Assembly (NCBI RefSeq): GCF_041146345.1
Contig: NW_027191402.1
Coordinates: 1,116,001 to 1,180,000, forward strand
Reading direction: 5' to 3'
Source: Neodothiora populina
Lineage: Eukaryota
Length of the DNA stretch: 64,000 bases
Shown: positions 50,333 to 63,192 of the stretch, one piece after another
How positions within the stretch are numbered: the first letter of the stretch is position 1
How the letters are laid out: every line of letters starts with the position of its first letter
Made by a program: the position numbers and the translations under genes
Notes under the pieces: generated by a model
The model's database searches: none
What the model saw: only the letters and a program-made list of their open reading frames with translations
What the model was told of the DNA's origin: nothing

Positions 50333-52632
50333 TCAGTCAGGTCCCGTGATACCTATTCCATATCTATCTGTGGACCACTCTGCACCCCAGCTCACCTCTT
50401 TCCCTGTGTCTTTCATCATACTGTCGAAGAAAGCGAGATCGACGCCTTGGAGAGCCCAGTCTTCGCCCCCAGCAGCGAGTCCGAGGTCTTCTCCGTGCTG
50501 CGAGTTAGGATACCGTATCACATCTTGAGAAAGATCTGCAGTTGTTCCGAGACAATGGATCGACCTTTCAGCCGGGGTCTCCAGTTGTAGCATCGGTGTT
50601 GTGCGAGCACGCTCACTTACCTCTGAGGTTCTGGTGTTATCGTCGTAGTTATGAGTCGTGCTACTGGCATTGGAGTCTGGGTACAATCCGGTAAGACCAG
50701 GAAGAGATTCTGAGACTTCTGAAGGGAGCACATGTGGGGCTGTGAGATTAGTCCCATCCACTATTTGTGATTGAGTTTGGAGTCCTCTAGCTCTATTGTT
50801 GGACTGTGACTGATGGCTCTCCATTCTCACGCTCTGACGAGCGACTTTGACAACGCCGAAGTAGGGAATGTTGATATTTACAATGGGGTCGGCAGTCCGA
50901 ATCGCTGGCTCTACATCGGTGGATGTATCATAGATGCTTACACTCCGTAAAGCAGGCGGATCGCCATCATCCGATTCAACATTCAGTGCTAGGAGTTGAC
51001 CCAGCAACTCGATACTATGCGCGCTGTGGGCATCGGAGTTCAGTCGATTCACTGCTTTCATATTGTCCTCTACCTCCTCAATCATGGCGCGATCGCTTTG
51101 GTACTGGTGTGCTAGCGTGTTGTTAATTGACAAGGCATGCCCATCCAGATGTGCCAGTAATAAGGTTATCGCGGCCATAAGAGCGAGAAAGTCGACGATT
51201 CTGCAGCTACAATCGACTTTGTTGAAATCACGTAGAGCGATGAACCGCAAGAGAACCTCCCGCGAGGCATTCACGCAGGTGACGCGGGAGTACGCATGTC
51301 TATGCTCGGGCGACGAAGAGCGCAGCATATACGGTAAATGAAGCTGATTGAGAAGATTGTAATGGAGCACCTGTGCAAATATCCGCCGGGTGTCCCAGAA
51401 TAAAGAGCTCGAATCGTCTGAATTCACACCAAATCTTGGTATCGACCACCACTTGCTAGAAAGAGATCTAGCAGCTCTCTGCAGCTCAAGGTCAAGGCTT
51501 TGCGTTATTGCATAGTCGTGAGAATCAGGCAACGAATTGTTACGCTCAAGGATACGTGAGGCGACCAGGCAGTGCTTTTGCTCCAGCCTTGCAATAGGAG
51601 AGTCTTCGAGTGTCACATCGAAAACCATACTGTGGTCGAGGTAGGCCTGAGGAAAGCCTAGCAAAAGACAAAGGAAGCTGTCTAAGAAGACAATTCGGAA
51701 CCACGTGGTCCGCGGATAGTACTTAGTCTCGGCATCAAGTACCGAATATTGTGCACGATATTTCGCTCGATCCAGACTCATGAGCTGCGCGATGCTCACC
51801 GCCCTCCGGCAAGTCATCCAGCTTCTTCTAAGATTGCCGAGATTCGCGTGATACACACTTTCAATCATGACGCATTCCAGGTATTCGATACTTCCAAGCA
51901 GTTCATCATTGGTTGTGACCTCACTAATAGCAAGATTTGCGAGTCTTTCTGACATGGCTCGTGGCGGTTGTGACAGGGCTCTGAATGTCTCATGGAGATG
52001 GGGGTGAATATGCTGTAGGAAACTAGCAAGCAGGAGCATATACCGAGCGATCAGGACCGGATGCTTGTCTGGGCCCGGCAGTACCAATAAACTATCGGGC
52101 TTGCCTGTTCTGTTCTGAACCAGTGAAGTGTATGGCATCGTCAAGACCTCGTGTGCGAGAACAGTAAGGCGAGGACCTGCTTTGCAAATTCTCGCGTGAT
52201 CTTCCGCTGAAGGCAGCGACTTGTGCAGCAGGTGAGATAGTCTCTCTCTTTTCGAATACATATCAGACTGGCACGAACAAGGGTTAGTGATGACTATGGT
52301 TCTGTGGACTGGAAATGACAATATAGACATACATCGGAAGTCTGCAAAGACTCGGATCTCGTTGTAAACTTGTCGAATGCTCTGAAGCCACGCCTCGAGA
52401 GGTCTTCCGGGCTCTGGGCAATGGAGCTATCACCTGCGGAGCCAGGAAGAGCCCCCACGGCTGTGGCAACAGCCTTCTCGGAAAACTCTTGACTAATACA
52501 TAGAACACCTCGCCGCCGACAATTATCACAAGTGATACCAGTGGCCGAGGAGCTCAAGACACATCTTGTTTTTCGTCGCTTACATTCCCAGCAGCTGTGA
52601 GTTCCTTTGCGCAACACTCGCCGCGTAGACAT
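50333..52632 (-). CDS. Zn(II)2Cys6 fungal transcription factor
   Basis: RKGTHSCWECKRRKTRC...CDNCRRRGVLC; one intron near 52270-52332; middle homology region GNLRRSW..CRRA..IAQLM.L, LHLPYML. Confidence 0.92.
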
Positions 52633-52733
52633 ATCTTGCTAAATTCCTTCATAACACCACAAAAGTCGACGGAGTCCGAGTCCTAGTTCTCAGGAAGGCT
52701 AATGTACTTGATCGCTGATAAAGCAGCGGGGAT

Positions 52734-52860
52734 TCGGCGGAGACAGCTCACGTGATTATGTTTCGGCGGAACAACCAGCGAGCTTTCGGCGGACGGATCG
52801 CTACCTTAGTGAATGAGATCTCGGCGGACGAATGTCTGACACGCGGACGAGGTCGGCGGT
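52734..52860 (+). promoter_or_regulatory. array of five TCGGCGG(A/T) motifs, candidate Zn2Cys6 binding sites in a divergent promoter
   Basis: TCGGCGGA at 52734, 52763, 52786 and 52821; TCGGCGGT at 52853. Confidence 0.6.
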
Positions 52861-53075
52861 GCATCCAACAATAACAGAATGGAAGCCCGGTAGTGTGTTC
52901 ACCAGCAGCTTAGCTGTGGAGTGATTGCTGAATGCATCAAAATTGGATTGCAATGGTTTTATATATCGGCGCACGCTTTCTCGACGGATTATCACGTCAT
53001 GAGATCAGAAGCCACTTCTATGGCATCAGTATCATACTCCCTTGACCGTGCTTGATCTTTTTCTACTCAACTATA

Positions 53076-54493
53076 ATGGCGAATCCAACAATGGAGCTCC
53101 AAAGCAGTAAGAATAGTGACAAGAGTATCGGCAACTTCATCAACAACACTGAGGACACTACCTCTGGCCACAGATATGACAAGCGAAAGACCAGCGAGAT
53201 AGACTTGTCCAGCAAACCCAAAGAACAAGCAAAAGCCGTTGGTCTGCCCAACGGGGGACACCGTGCCTGGTTGCAAGTGGTTGGTGCCTTTGTGCTTTTC
53301 TTCAATACATGGTATTTTCCATCGCTCGGGGCGAAGACCAATTTGCTGATTGAACCAGGGGTCTCATGAACACATTTGGGGTTTACCAGTCGTACTATGA
53401 ATCTGGCGACCTATTTGAGTCGACTTCATCCAACATCTCTTGGATTGGCAGTATCCAGGCATTCCTCATGTTGTTGGTTGGCGCCATCACAGGCCCAATC
53501 TTCGATGCTGGGCACTTGCGCTTCCTCTTGTGCGTCGGTACTTTTGGTATTGTCTTTGGCCATATGATGCTGTCCTTATGCCATGAGTTCTGGCAAGCGC
53601 TACTTGCTCAAGGATTCGCTATCGGCCTCGGAGCGGGCTTCTTGTTCATCCCTTCCTTCGGAGTTATCTCGCAATATTTCGACACTTGGTTGGTCACCGC
53701 TGTGGGCTTGTCAGTAGTAGGTTCCTCACTGGGTGGTATTATCTATCCTATCATGTTTAACAAGCTTCTTCATGAGCTTGGGTTCCAATGGGCCGTGCGG
53801 ATTATCGGATTTATGGCATTAGGCATGCTCGTAATCCCTTTGTTCACTATGCAACTACGCACAAAGCCACCGGAGAGACGCGCCATATTCGACAAGACAG
53901 CTTTCACCGAGCCTTCGGTCTTCGCATTCATGTTCAGTGGGTTTTTTGGCTATATTGGCCTACTGATTCCCTTCTTTTACATTCCCTTCACCGCTCGCGC
54001 AAAAGAGTACGCGTCAGAGAATCTAAGCTTTTATCTTCTACCGATGCTCAACGCCGCGTCTATAATTGGCCGTGTCGTTCCGTCTATAGCTGCCGACAAG
54101 ATTGGACCACTCAATATGCTTATCCCCACAGCAGCTCTCAATGCCGTGGTGTCCTACTCCGTTATTGCGGTCGACAATACCGCCGGCATGATCGCGATCG
54201 CAGTGTTCTACGGCTTGACTAGCGGCACATATATCTCACTCCCCGCTGCAATATTTGTTCAGCTCACACCGCCTGACAGACGCCACTTGATCGGTACGCG
54301 GATGGGAATGGGCTTCACCATCATGGGTCTTGGTGCGTTAATCGGTACGCCAGTTGCCGGTGCCATTGCCGGATCAAACAATTACATCACTGGTGTTTAC
54401 TTATGGAGTGGTACTACGCTTGTGGTAGCATGTGTTGGATTTTTTGTTGTCCGTTACATTCGTGTCGGATCAAAGCTCATGGTCAAGATTTAG
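53076..54493 (+). CDS. MFS monocarboxylate-transporter-like (Mch family) permease
   Basis: PNGG.RAWLQVVGAF..FFNTW(intron 53312-53358)G..NTFGVYQ.YY; SNISWIGSIQ; GPIFDAG; GSSLGGIIYP; ADKIGP.N; IGTRMG. Confidence 0.93.
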
Positions 54494-54836
54494 GATCAAA
54501 GTTGGATGCATGATTAATGCTAGAATACTGAATAGATCGACGAATGGACATTTTTTACGTTCACCTATGAACAGTATCGAAGAGTTGGAGTACCACAGAA
54601 GCCCTTGCCTCAGCACTATGCATACCTTGTCATGGTATGCGATCATGAGACTCCTGTTATGGCTACGACAGTAGCACCCACAAAGGCTATGATAGTAGCC
54701 ACGTCCTTAGCAGATCCAGCGAGCAATATCACCTGCCTCAGACAACTGCACATAGCCATAAGCCGATGATCGTATGATATCCTTGCTAAGCAGAGGGCCG
54801 ATGATCCACTGATTGGTTATTCCTGTCTACCCAGTA

Positions 54837-56340
54837 TTGATTGATTGATTGATTGATTAGTCTATCAAGCTATTTACAGTCTTATCGTCCGTATGAGCTG
54901 TCTAATGTCGTTCCCTCGTTTTCTTATCTGTTGCTTAGCCTCACGGATAATAAAAGAAGAACCCTAACGCCCCTTGTTCCTTAATCGCCACCCTCTTGTT
55001 GCTGTGGAGGGATAGCTGCCATCCTAGTTGTCTGTTAAAGAAACCGGACTATCGCTTTCACTATTTTCAAATTCGGTCTTCACTACTTAAGCGGGCCATC
55101 TACTAGCTAATTTGTGTGCATTTCTCTTTTCTTACTGTACCCTTTTAGTAAAAAGGATAAGTCACTTTATCTGTTCCCTGCTATCTGCTTAAGTTCTACT
55201 TATATACTTGTTTAACGCTAGCACTAAAGAAGCACGTAAGCTACTATGTCTTCCTGCCTACATTTGCATTTACTACTTTCCTTGACTTTAATCTTTGCTA
55301 AATAGGATCGGAGATAAGTATAATTTGTTCTTGCTTATACAAGAATACCCGCTTACTTAAAGTTTAGCGCTCCGTAAAGCTTAAGCGTGTACTTACTTAA
55401 GAGAGCTGCATTTAGCCTTCATATATATTAACCTTATTTATTTATTCTTAGTGTCTAAGCTTCTAAACGCCTTTGTTCTGTAAGGTCCTTAATAAGAAGT
55501 GTTTAAACTACCCCGCTCTCCTTAATTTAGACGTTAAAGTTCCTAAATAATTTCGTGCTTATCTTTATAGTAGTTTAGGCAGCTTAGTAAGCATATTCGT
55601 TTCCTACATTTCTTATATATGCTAGTACTTAAATAAAGGTTACATTAAGTCTACTCTGTTCGGCGTCTTAAAGCGTTTAAAGAGTGCCTTAAAGTGCTTC
55701 TCTGCCTTACTTAATACCGTTGCCCTTTACTATAGCTTAAAGTGCCTCTTAGCTGTTTATAGTAATCACATGTTTATAGTTCGGACTATATAAGGTAAGG
55801 ATATAATTTAACGCTATCTTTATCGCTTGTAGCTCCGTAGATAAGACCGAGCATGTCTTAGCTTATTCGATAGTCGCCTTATTTATAACTCATAGTGTAA
55901 ACAAACCGACCTTTCTTATTACTGCACACCCGCTTACCTTATTCTGCATAAAAGCGTTAATATATAAAACTACAGGCCCGTAGTTCTGTGCTGTACGTAG
56001 CTATCTCCTTACTTCATCTATATTTGTAACGCACTAAGTAGACCGGTCTTGCTATAGAGGTGCTATTTACAGCTGTAATGGTATTCGTATCGGGCCGTTC
56101 TTTAAAGTATATCTCGCTTTATGCTGCCGCTAAGTCTTGTGTAATAGGGACTACCACGTTTCTCCTTTAAATTTAATGTAACAGATATTTAACTACGCTG
56201 GATTGTCCTCCTCTGCTATAAAGATAGTCTGCAGGTGTTTAGCTACCTTCCTTACTAATCTGTCTATCACTGGTTCGAGGGAGGCTTCTACCTTAAAGAC
56301 TGCTGCTAACACTTGTTTAAAGGACCTTATTATAAGTTGG
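54837..56340 (-). mobile_element. RIP-mutated Tad1-like LINE relic (ORF2 RNase H and C-terminal CCHC region) with (CAAT)n 3' tail
   Basis: The minus frame, broken by TAA/TAG, reads ILV*ARTN...LRSYLAKI...C.C...V.YVLL*C*R*...R*SDLSFLL.G...DGPL.**RPNL..VKA.VRFL. An RNase H-like TCSVLSTELQAI lies upstream. TpA excess; (TTGA)5 at 54837-54858. Confidence 0.85.
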
Positions 56341-56344
56341 GCCC

Positions 56345-56542
56345 TGTCACGGTTTGGTCGTTGATCACCGTGACACCTGAGTTAGTATAGGTCGCGTGAC
56401 CTATACTCCTGACTCGTGGCTTCAACGCCGTACTTCCCTGTCCTCGACCTCGTACTGTCTTTCCTCCCTTGTCTACGTCTCGTCATATAGCTTGGACCCA
56501 TATCTACGTACTGATCTTTATTCCTGACTCCGAACCCTGACA
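56345..56542. mobile_element. solo LTR-like element (about 198 bp)
   Basis: Starts TGTCA and ends TGACA (TG...CA termini with a 5-bp inverted repeat). The flanks GGCCC and CTTAA do not match as a target-site duplication. Confidence 0.6.
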
Positions 56543-56782
56543 CTTAAATATGAACGAGAGAGTCGAGGCAGTTATAGCTGCGAAAGGATGGTACACAAGG
56601 TACTGAGTAGATACAATCAATTTGACCCCCCTTTCTGATTCTCTGATCAATACTTCATAATCTATATTAAATATACCTCTGTAGAATTAAGAGAGTCGAA
56701 GTTATAAGGTAATCCATAAGATAGATCAAGTCATGGTTGCGACGCTCTCGGAAAAACACCGGATTGTTTTGGCGGGGTACTG
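56543..56782 (+). mobile_element. Tc1/mariner transposon right-end fragment
   Basis: Transposase-type C-terminus MNERVEAVIAAKGWYTRY*; terminal repeat ...GGATTGTTTTGGCGGGGTACTG followed by TA at 56783-84. Confidence 0.8.
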
Positions 56783-57188
56783 TAACTCCGTTGACTGGCG
56801 CACTGTTGGTCAAAGCTCTATGTCTATCTTTAGGTATAACACAGTAAAACTATTTTGCGTAAACGACGAGGACGAGCGCTTCCTTCACTCAATTGTTACC
56901 CAGCCCTCTTGTCAAGTCGTCAAGCCCGCTTACACTTCTGCTGCTTCTCAGGTCTCTTTTCTCAGACGCCCTCTTCCCACGTGCGTCTGAACAATACATA
57001 CTAGGTATGCCCGTGCTGTGCTAGGCCACTCTCCGACGCGGCCGCACAATGTCTAGTTAAGTCCATACTATATATTGCCTTGGCAAGAAAATCTAGCCTG
57101 TCCGTCCAGAGCCGCCTTGATCGCAGGTAGGAAGTTTGAAGCCCAATCTGGAAATTTCCAGGACACGGTGAAACCCACCACGCTAGCA

Positions 57189-57960
57189 GCTGATCCCACC
57201 ATGCTTGGCGCCAAGTATCACCCTTGGCATGGTGGGCTCAGCTTGAGAAGATCTTGGCATAGTAGGGTCGACATTTCGCATAGTGGGCTCAACTTTTATG
57301 GTGGGCTCAGCTTTGCGTCCTTCTTTCCTTTACGCGCTTTGTACAGCAGATCGTAAATCGGTTTAGAACCTATTTAAAATCATTTCCAAATCATTTCCAA
57401 ATCATTTCCAATGTCATTCTTTAGCAATAATCTAGCAGCGGAAGCTGTCCATCCTTCGGTTAAGATAGAAGATAATTTATGGAGAGCAGAGCATACTTTT
57501 CAAGAAACTGCAGGTCCTTATTGGGTTCGTAATAAGTTTGGAATTAGTTATATACCGCTTAAGAACTAATTACCTATACAGCCGGAGCCTGAACTAGAGC
57601 TTATTACACTTACAAACGATACTCGTAGTGCCTTACGTGCTCGATTTCTTAAACATGTAGTCGCTTTACCTAAATATCCAGACACTCATCCAGATGGCTA
57701 TGCATATCTTGTTGACCTTCAGAAAGTCGAGGACTATAACGCGACAAACAGTCTTAATGAAACTTCCAAACCATTTCCAAACCATTCCCAAACCCCTTTC
57801 AAACCACTTTCAAACTATTTACAAACAGCTTACAGAATCTCTAGATACAGCTTTCGCGTAAAAAGGTTGTATGGCCAAAAGCATGCAAATCGCCATACTT
57901 TGATTTTGCGCTATGTACAAGAACTAAATATTGTTTTGGTCAATACTCAGTATCCGCTTT
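57189..57960 (+). mobile_element. degenerate, probably transposon-associated sequence with inverted and tandem repeats and a broken ORF
   Basis: 16-bp inverted repeat (57189-57204 / 57227-57242); repeated GTGGGCTCA; (TCATTTCCAAA)x3 at about 57380; ATG at 57411 opening a frame with an internal TAA and LPKYPDTHPDGYAYLVDL. Confidence 0.4.
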
Positions 57961-58925
57961 GCTGTCAAGTACTGTAAGTCCCCGTCTCCCGTTCGAGTTT
58001 CCAATTCCATCAAGTACAGTAGGTCCACAGCTCTCATTGTTCTTGTCTTCTGTTACAAGTAATGTGTTGCCTCTCGTCTCATCAAGTTTTGTTTTTGTTC
58101 CACCAACACCTAGCAATATATTATCAAAATTGACCTCTTGTTCATGAACTTGTATTAGTTTGTTAACCTTCCTTGGGTTGTCATTCCATCAAATTGTATC
58201 GTGATCAGATCTCTTTTTCTCGTCTCCATCAATAACTCACGTTGACTTTGATCAATATTCATCCTGTCACATCAATTTTCCAATGGATTTCCATCGTTCT
58301 CTGTTGTCTTTCGTCTCCACTAGCTCATTTATAGCTATAGCCCCCCTGCACCCTCGCCGTCCATCTTTTTTATTGACCTCCATTACCGCCGTCACCGTCA
58401 CCGTCACCGCCGTATTGTCGCCCCTCGACGACTGACTGCACCACCACCATCACCAAGAAGTCTCTCTCGAGCTCAAGTCCCAAAGCGCCTTGCGACGGAC
58501 GAAGAAACGCGTCGGGGACTGTCGCTGGTCCGCCGAATCGCTTCTCGGTGTCTGTCCGCTCTGGCCCCAGGTTCGCCATTCCTGTACTTTTCAGTAATCG
58601 GACCCTCTTTGCACATGTATTTGTTGCATCAGAGGGGGCAGTGATCGGTCGCCGGCCGACAAGACACTACTAGAGAGGCGAATCCGCAGGAACACGAGCC
58701 GGCTGACATTCCGACGGTTCGCTCTTCTTTTGTCCAAGGTCTCCCTGGCTTGCCTTGCACCAACCGTCTCCACCACCGCTGCCGCCGTCAAGAACAGATT
58801 CTTTTATTGTTGCTGCTGCTACCACTGCTACTGCTGCCACCGTCTTGGCTGTCACCTCCGCCGCTGCTGCTGCACTACCATCACAAAAGATCTTGTCAGA
58901 GCAGGCAGGGGGGATACACAAAGAG

Positions 58926-58959
<34 letters not shown>
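58926..58959 (+). repeat. (CAA)n microsatellite, about 11 units
   Basis: aacaacaacaac... run seen directly. Confidence 0.95.
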
Positions 58960-59014
58960 CTACCAGTAGGTCAGGTCAATCCAGACCCCACTAACTTATT
59001 TCCTTCTCAACAGA

Positions 59015-60503
59015 ATGCCGACTCAGAAACGCGGTTCCACCTCTGCCGCCGCTGCCGCTGCTGCTGCTGCTTCATGGCTGCTCCACGGCAAGCTAGTCGT
59101 GGCCTATGCCGAAGCCTCGGACTCGTTCAGCCTTGTCGATCTGCTTGTAAAGTACGACGACTCCCCCCTCGAGGGCGTGATCAACCTGCGTGTCCGAATG
59201 CGGCTCGAGGGTTTTGATAATGATAATCACGACGAAGCCGTCCAGTCCCTGTCACTCGTGCTGTGCCCGGAGAACATTGCCGCTGCTGCCTTGAAGGACC
59301 AAGACGCCTCGGCTCACACAAGTCTGTCTCAGGCGAGACTTGCGGCCATCTTCGTCGATGCTCTGCCGCCTAGTGACGTGGTCTCGACGCTGTCCCTTTC
59401 CCCGCCCTCTATTGTCCCAAAGCCCCTTGACAAAGCTCGCGTGTCTGCCTTAGCCGAACTCTGTGCCGCCACGTCCGTCTCAATTTCCTTTTGCTCAAAT
59501 CATGTTTCCTACAATGAGCGACGAAACCTTGACATATTTGTTTCGCTACTGCACGAATCGGAGCTGACGTCGTAGCCCGCAAATTTACGTCGACTCCAAG
59601 GCGGACGGGTGCGACAGGTTGATTGGCGCGCCTTTGCGCCAGTCTTTGATTCCGCCTCCCCAGAAGAGGCCCCGCCGCCTCATCTGCACTCATCACGGTC
59701 CAAGACGCAACGCAAGCGGACCCGCGACTGGAGGTACTTTGTCTTGATTCCAACTTGACCTGTCGTCTTCTCTCTGGCTTGTGACTTTTGCTCTGACTCT
59801 ATTCTCTTTCATCAGCACATTCGTCGAGCCCTTTCTCGGACAAGCCGCCCGGCAAGAGACTGCCTCATTATTATCCGCCTCTAGGCTCTCCTACTGAGCC
59901 CAATACACCTAGCACCAGAGACAGCTTCGGCAGCATCCCCAGAGAAAAGGAACAAGTCCATTCGTCCCTTCCGAGCTGGGTACTCCGATCGGTGAAGTAA
60001 TACGCACCGAACTTCGAACCCTCGTGCAGACGTTGCCCGACATAATTTGGACTATAATCAAAGAAGAACTGTTATCTCACGTCAATTCAAATACTCAAAA
60101 GGTAGGCAAAGCTGTCGAGGATCAGCTCAGGAGTTGTCTAGGACCGCTCATCGAGGCAAAATTGCCTTGTCTAATGGTGGTCGTCTTACAGGGCGTTTAG
60201 GACATGATCACAACCCATCAGGACTTGGCAAAAGTTGAATTAGAAGATATGGTAGTAGATGGTCGATTCGAGCTTGTCCAGGCCACAGATGACGGTGTCA
60301 CCGCCATTCAGACAGCCGCTCGAGATACTCTGGACGGCTTTGCCCATGAGATGGAGGTTGTTTCGGAATCTTGTGGTGATAATGTCTTGGACAGCCATCG
60401 GGATTTCCAAGACGCGAGAGATCAATGTCGCCTGTTCCACGAGAAATGCTGTCAGAGCGGCGTCGACAAGCAGCACGTGTGTTCACGATCACGGTCCATT
60501 TGA
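59015..60503 (+). pseudogene. fragmented hypothetical gene
   Basis: 186-aa protein-like ORF after a CTAAC...CAG acceptor, followed by broken GC-rich frames and an acidic helical ORF at 60204-60503. No family recognised. Confidence 0.35.
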
Positions 60504-60654
60504 TAATTATGACTCATGTGTGACTTGGAAATGTCAAATGCGACGTTTGCATAGCATGTTCGGACATGTAGACGTGATAATGACTTCCTTGTTGATTTTT
60601 CTCAAGATTGAACACTTCTAGAACTCGTCTCTTTCTAAAACTTGTCCATCATCA

Positions 60655-60802
60655 CTTGGAACTTCTCTGTTATGATCTGAAACTTCTTTCATCATCATCT
60701 GGAACTTTGTCAAAATCCGAGACTTGTAAATAAATCTGGAACTTGTGAACCAATATGGAACTTGTGAAATTTGTGAACACAACTAGAACCTGTGAACACA
60801 AC
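60655..60802 (+). repeat. degenerate tandem GGAACTTGTGAA-type repeats
   Basis: ggaacttc, tgaaacttc, ggaactttgtc, gagacttgtaa, ggaacttgtgaa x2, aatttgtgaa, agaacctgtgaa. Confidence 0.65.
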
Positions 60803-61621
60803 TCTCATCACGAATCCACTCATGCAAAAACCCTTACCTATGCACAATGAGGCCTTGTGATTGGGCGATAGGTTGGGGCAACTAAAGTTGACTCGTTTTG
60901 ACTTATCTCAAGATTGTAGCAGTGTTGTCGTGCGACGTATGCTTTAGATATATGAAGAGATTGTCGCGTCTGCTTAACATCGCGCTTCAATAGCAACACC
61001 AGTACTGGAAAAAACTCGTAGAACTTGCCAATTTACGATTTGGAAAGCTCATCTAAATTCTGTATAGTGAAGGGTGCAATGCTTCTCTATACACCTAGCC
61101 AACGAGCTTTCTACCTAGTGGTACCATATTAGGCTGCAGCATCTGTGAATGTTGACAGGCTTATGATTTACGAGCGCCAGAATCCCTTGGCCCTTACTCC
61201 GTTCTAGCCTCCCCTGGTTGCCCTGCTCATGTCTAGGGGATAAAACCTCCTGTGCTAGGTAAAAGGTTTGCCTTCCACTTTTTCTCATAGTTCATTGACC
61301 AGTTTCCCAATTTATAATTTTAGCCCTCCATCCCGGGTGGTAGAACTGATCCAAAGACTGGCCGGGTTGTAGGTACCTCTGGCACCACTGACTGTTGAGG
61401 CTGATCCTAGCGCATGTTCTTGGTGTGCTTTGGGTCAGCTACACATCTCCGATCCATGACCGAGTGGGGGCCATCTCCTGCTCGAACACCGCTCTATCAA
61501 AACGTGGGCGCTTTATACCACCTTAGCCATCCTTCGACTTTCTCTTGCGATTGCACGACAGCACACCGAGAACCGGTCGTGGCGACAGCATCTCGACTCT
61601 TTCAAAGTCAATGACCGTCAT

Positions 61622-63192
61622 CTAAACACTGGCGCCGTCCCACTGTAAGTTCCAAGGCACAGCGTCTCGATGGAAGACACGGACTCTGTGAACGGCGCTC
61701 ATGCAATCCCCGACCTGCTGCAGAGCCTTTTGCCGGTCCAGCGTCTCTCGGAGTCGAGCAATCGGCGTCCCGCCGTACCCAAGAAGCATGGCATGCACGA
61801 GCTCGGCTATGCCTTTATATTGGCAAGGCCGCCGGAGGTCCAGGCTACCTAGATGCACGGCAACGTGGCTGTCTTGGATGGGCTTCAATCGCTGGTAAAC
61901 GGATGACTTATGTAGCAAGTGTGCCCTAGAGTCAGACGGCGTGTACTTGGCGATGGCAGTGTAGCCATGGGAAGTGAGCGTCATCCGGAACGGGACGCTG
62001 CGCGAGTCAGGCCGCCCGCACGGCTCGAAGTCCATGCGGGAAAGGTCGGCTTGTCGATGCGATGCACGTCAGTGCCGTGCTCGTTGACATTGGGGCAGTT
62101 GCGATCCAATGGGCCGCAATCGTCCAAGCCCAATAAGCAGCGTGGAGTATAAAACGGCATATTCTGCTTGTCCGCCCGTGTTCCATGAGTGGGTTGTATC
62201 ATACTCGACACGTGTCCGCTACCCCCTCGCGTCCGACTCGCCCGCGGCGCTGGCTGTCGACGCGGCTGACCTGAGCTGTCAGGCTCTTCGTGATCTGCAT
62301 TCGGGCTGTCCTTTTCAAACTCCCTCCCAGACGTCGGGCGGCATCCGGACCTTGGAGCAGGCTCAGCAGCCTTCTTCTTAAAGACGATAAGTGACACTCG
62401 CAGGAGCTTGTTGCGCAGCGGCAATGGGCAGTATACTGAGGGTGTAGCGTCCGGCACTGCAGGAGTCTCGTCGATGATCTCGGAATATGTGTACTCCCAC
62501 GTCACTAGTCAGTCCCGCGCTCTCTCACGTCATGTATGCGACCGAGGTGGAGACTGAAGAACTTGCAGAGTGGATGCTAGTACCCAAGCCACCGCCGAGA
62601 GATGCAGTCGATTCTCCGTGCTCGACTGGTCGTTATCAGACCATCCCGTTGTTGATCCCACATCAGCCTGTGGCACTGACAGCAAGTAGTAAACCGTCCG
62701 TGGGTTCTCTGGCACTGGCAGAAAGATGAAAGCTTCCTCGGTGCTAACATATCCGAACTCGCGCCCTGCTGCCACCATGTACAAGCAGGCTTGCGTTCCC
62801 GCGGCAGCCACAAGGCGCTGGCATTTCTTGCGAGGCGAGTCTTCATTGCTGTATTCCAGTATGTCAGTCAGATCCGTGTCCCGGAGACCTTCTTGAAAAG
62901 GCCCCAAGATCAGCTTGTGGGGCGCCTTGTACTCGATGATAAACGCGGCCACCCGTTCTTCTATTTCCGAGCCCTTTGACATGTTGTACACGCAGAACTG
63001 ATCTGTTCGAGGGCGACTCGTCAGCGCGTGACCCGTCGGCGCATGACTCTTCGGTGCATGACTTGTCGGCTCACGCGCGACCAGGCCGGCATCCGGACTC
63101 TTTGGCTGATCAGCACCGCTAGACATTCTCTCCTTCTCCAACAGCCGACGAGATCGACGGCGGCCTCTGCTCGACAATTCCACCGCGCTCAT
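61622..63192 (-). pseudogene. degenerate nuclease-like plus kinase-like gene of a repeat-associated fungal family (often mis-annotated 'metalloprotease M41 FtsH')
   Basis: R.DQFCVY...AFIIEYKAPHKL...LVAAA.TQ...YM...G.EFGYV...EAFIFL...TVYY.LSVP; CLLGL...LD..CPN...HG...H; TL.SHGYT..AK...VYQRL..IQ...V.LG..DL; FHRDA..WN. Split by stops and frameshifts. Confidence 0.7.

Noticed and set aside
58670..59217. poly-Q, poly-N, poly-T and poly-L ORFs
   Set aside because: Products of the (CAA)n and GCT/GCC triplet tracts.
60655..60802. Repeat arrays here and at 20031-20110 as CRISPR
   Set aside because: Units are short and degenerate with no unique spacers, there are no cas genes, and the context is eukaryotic.
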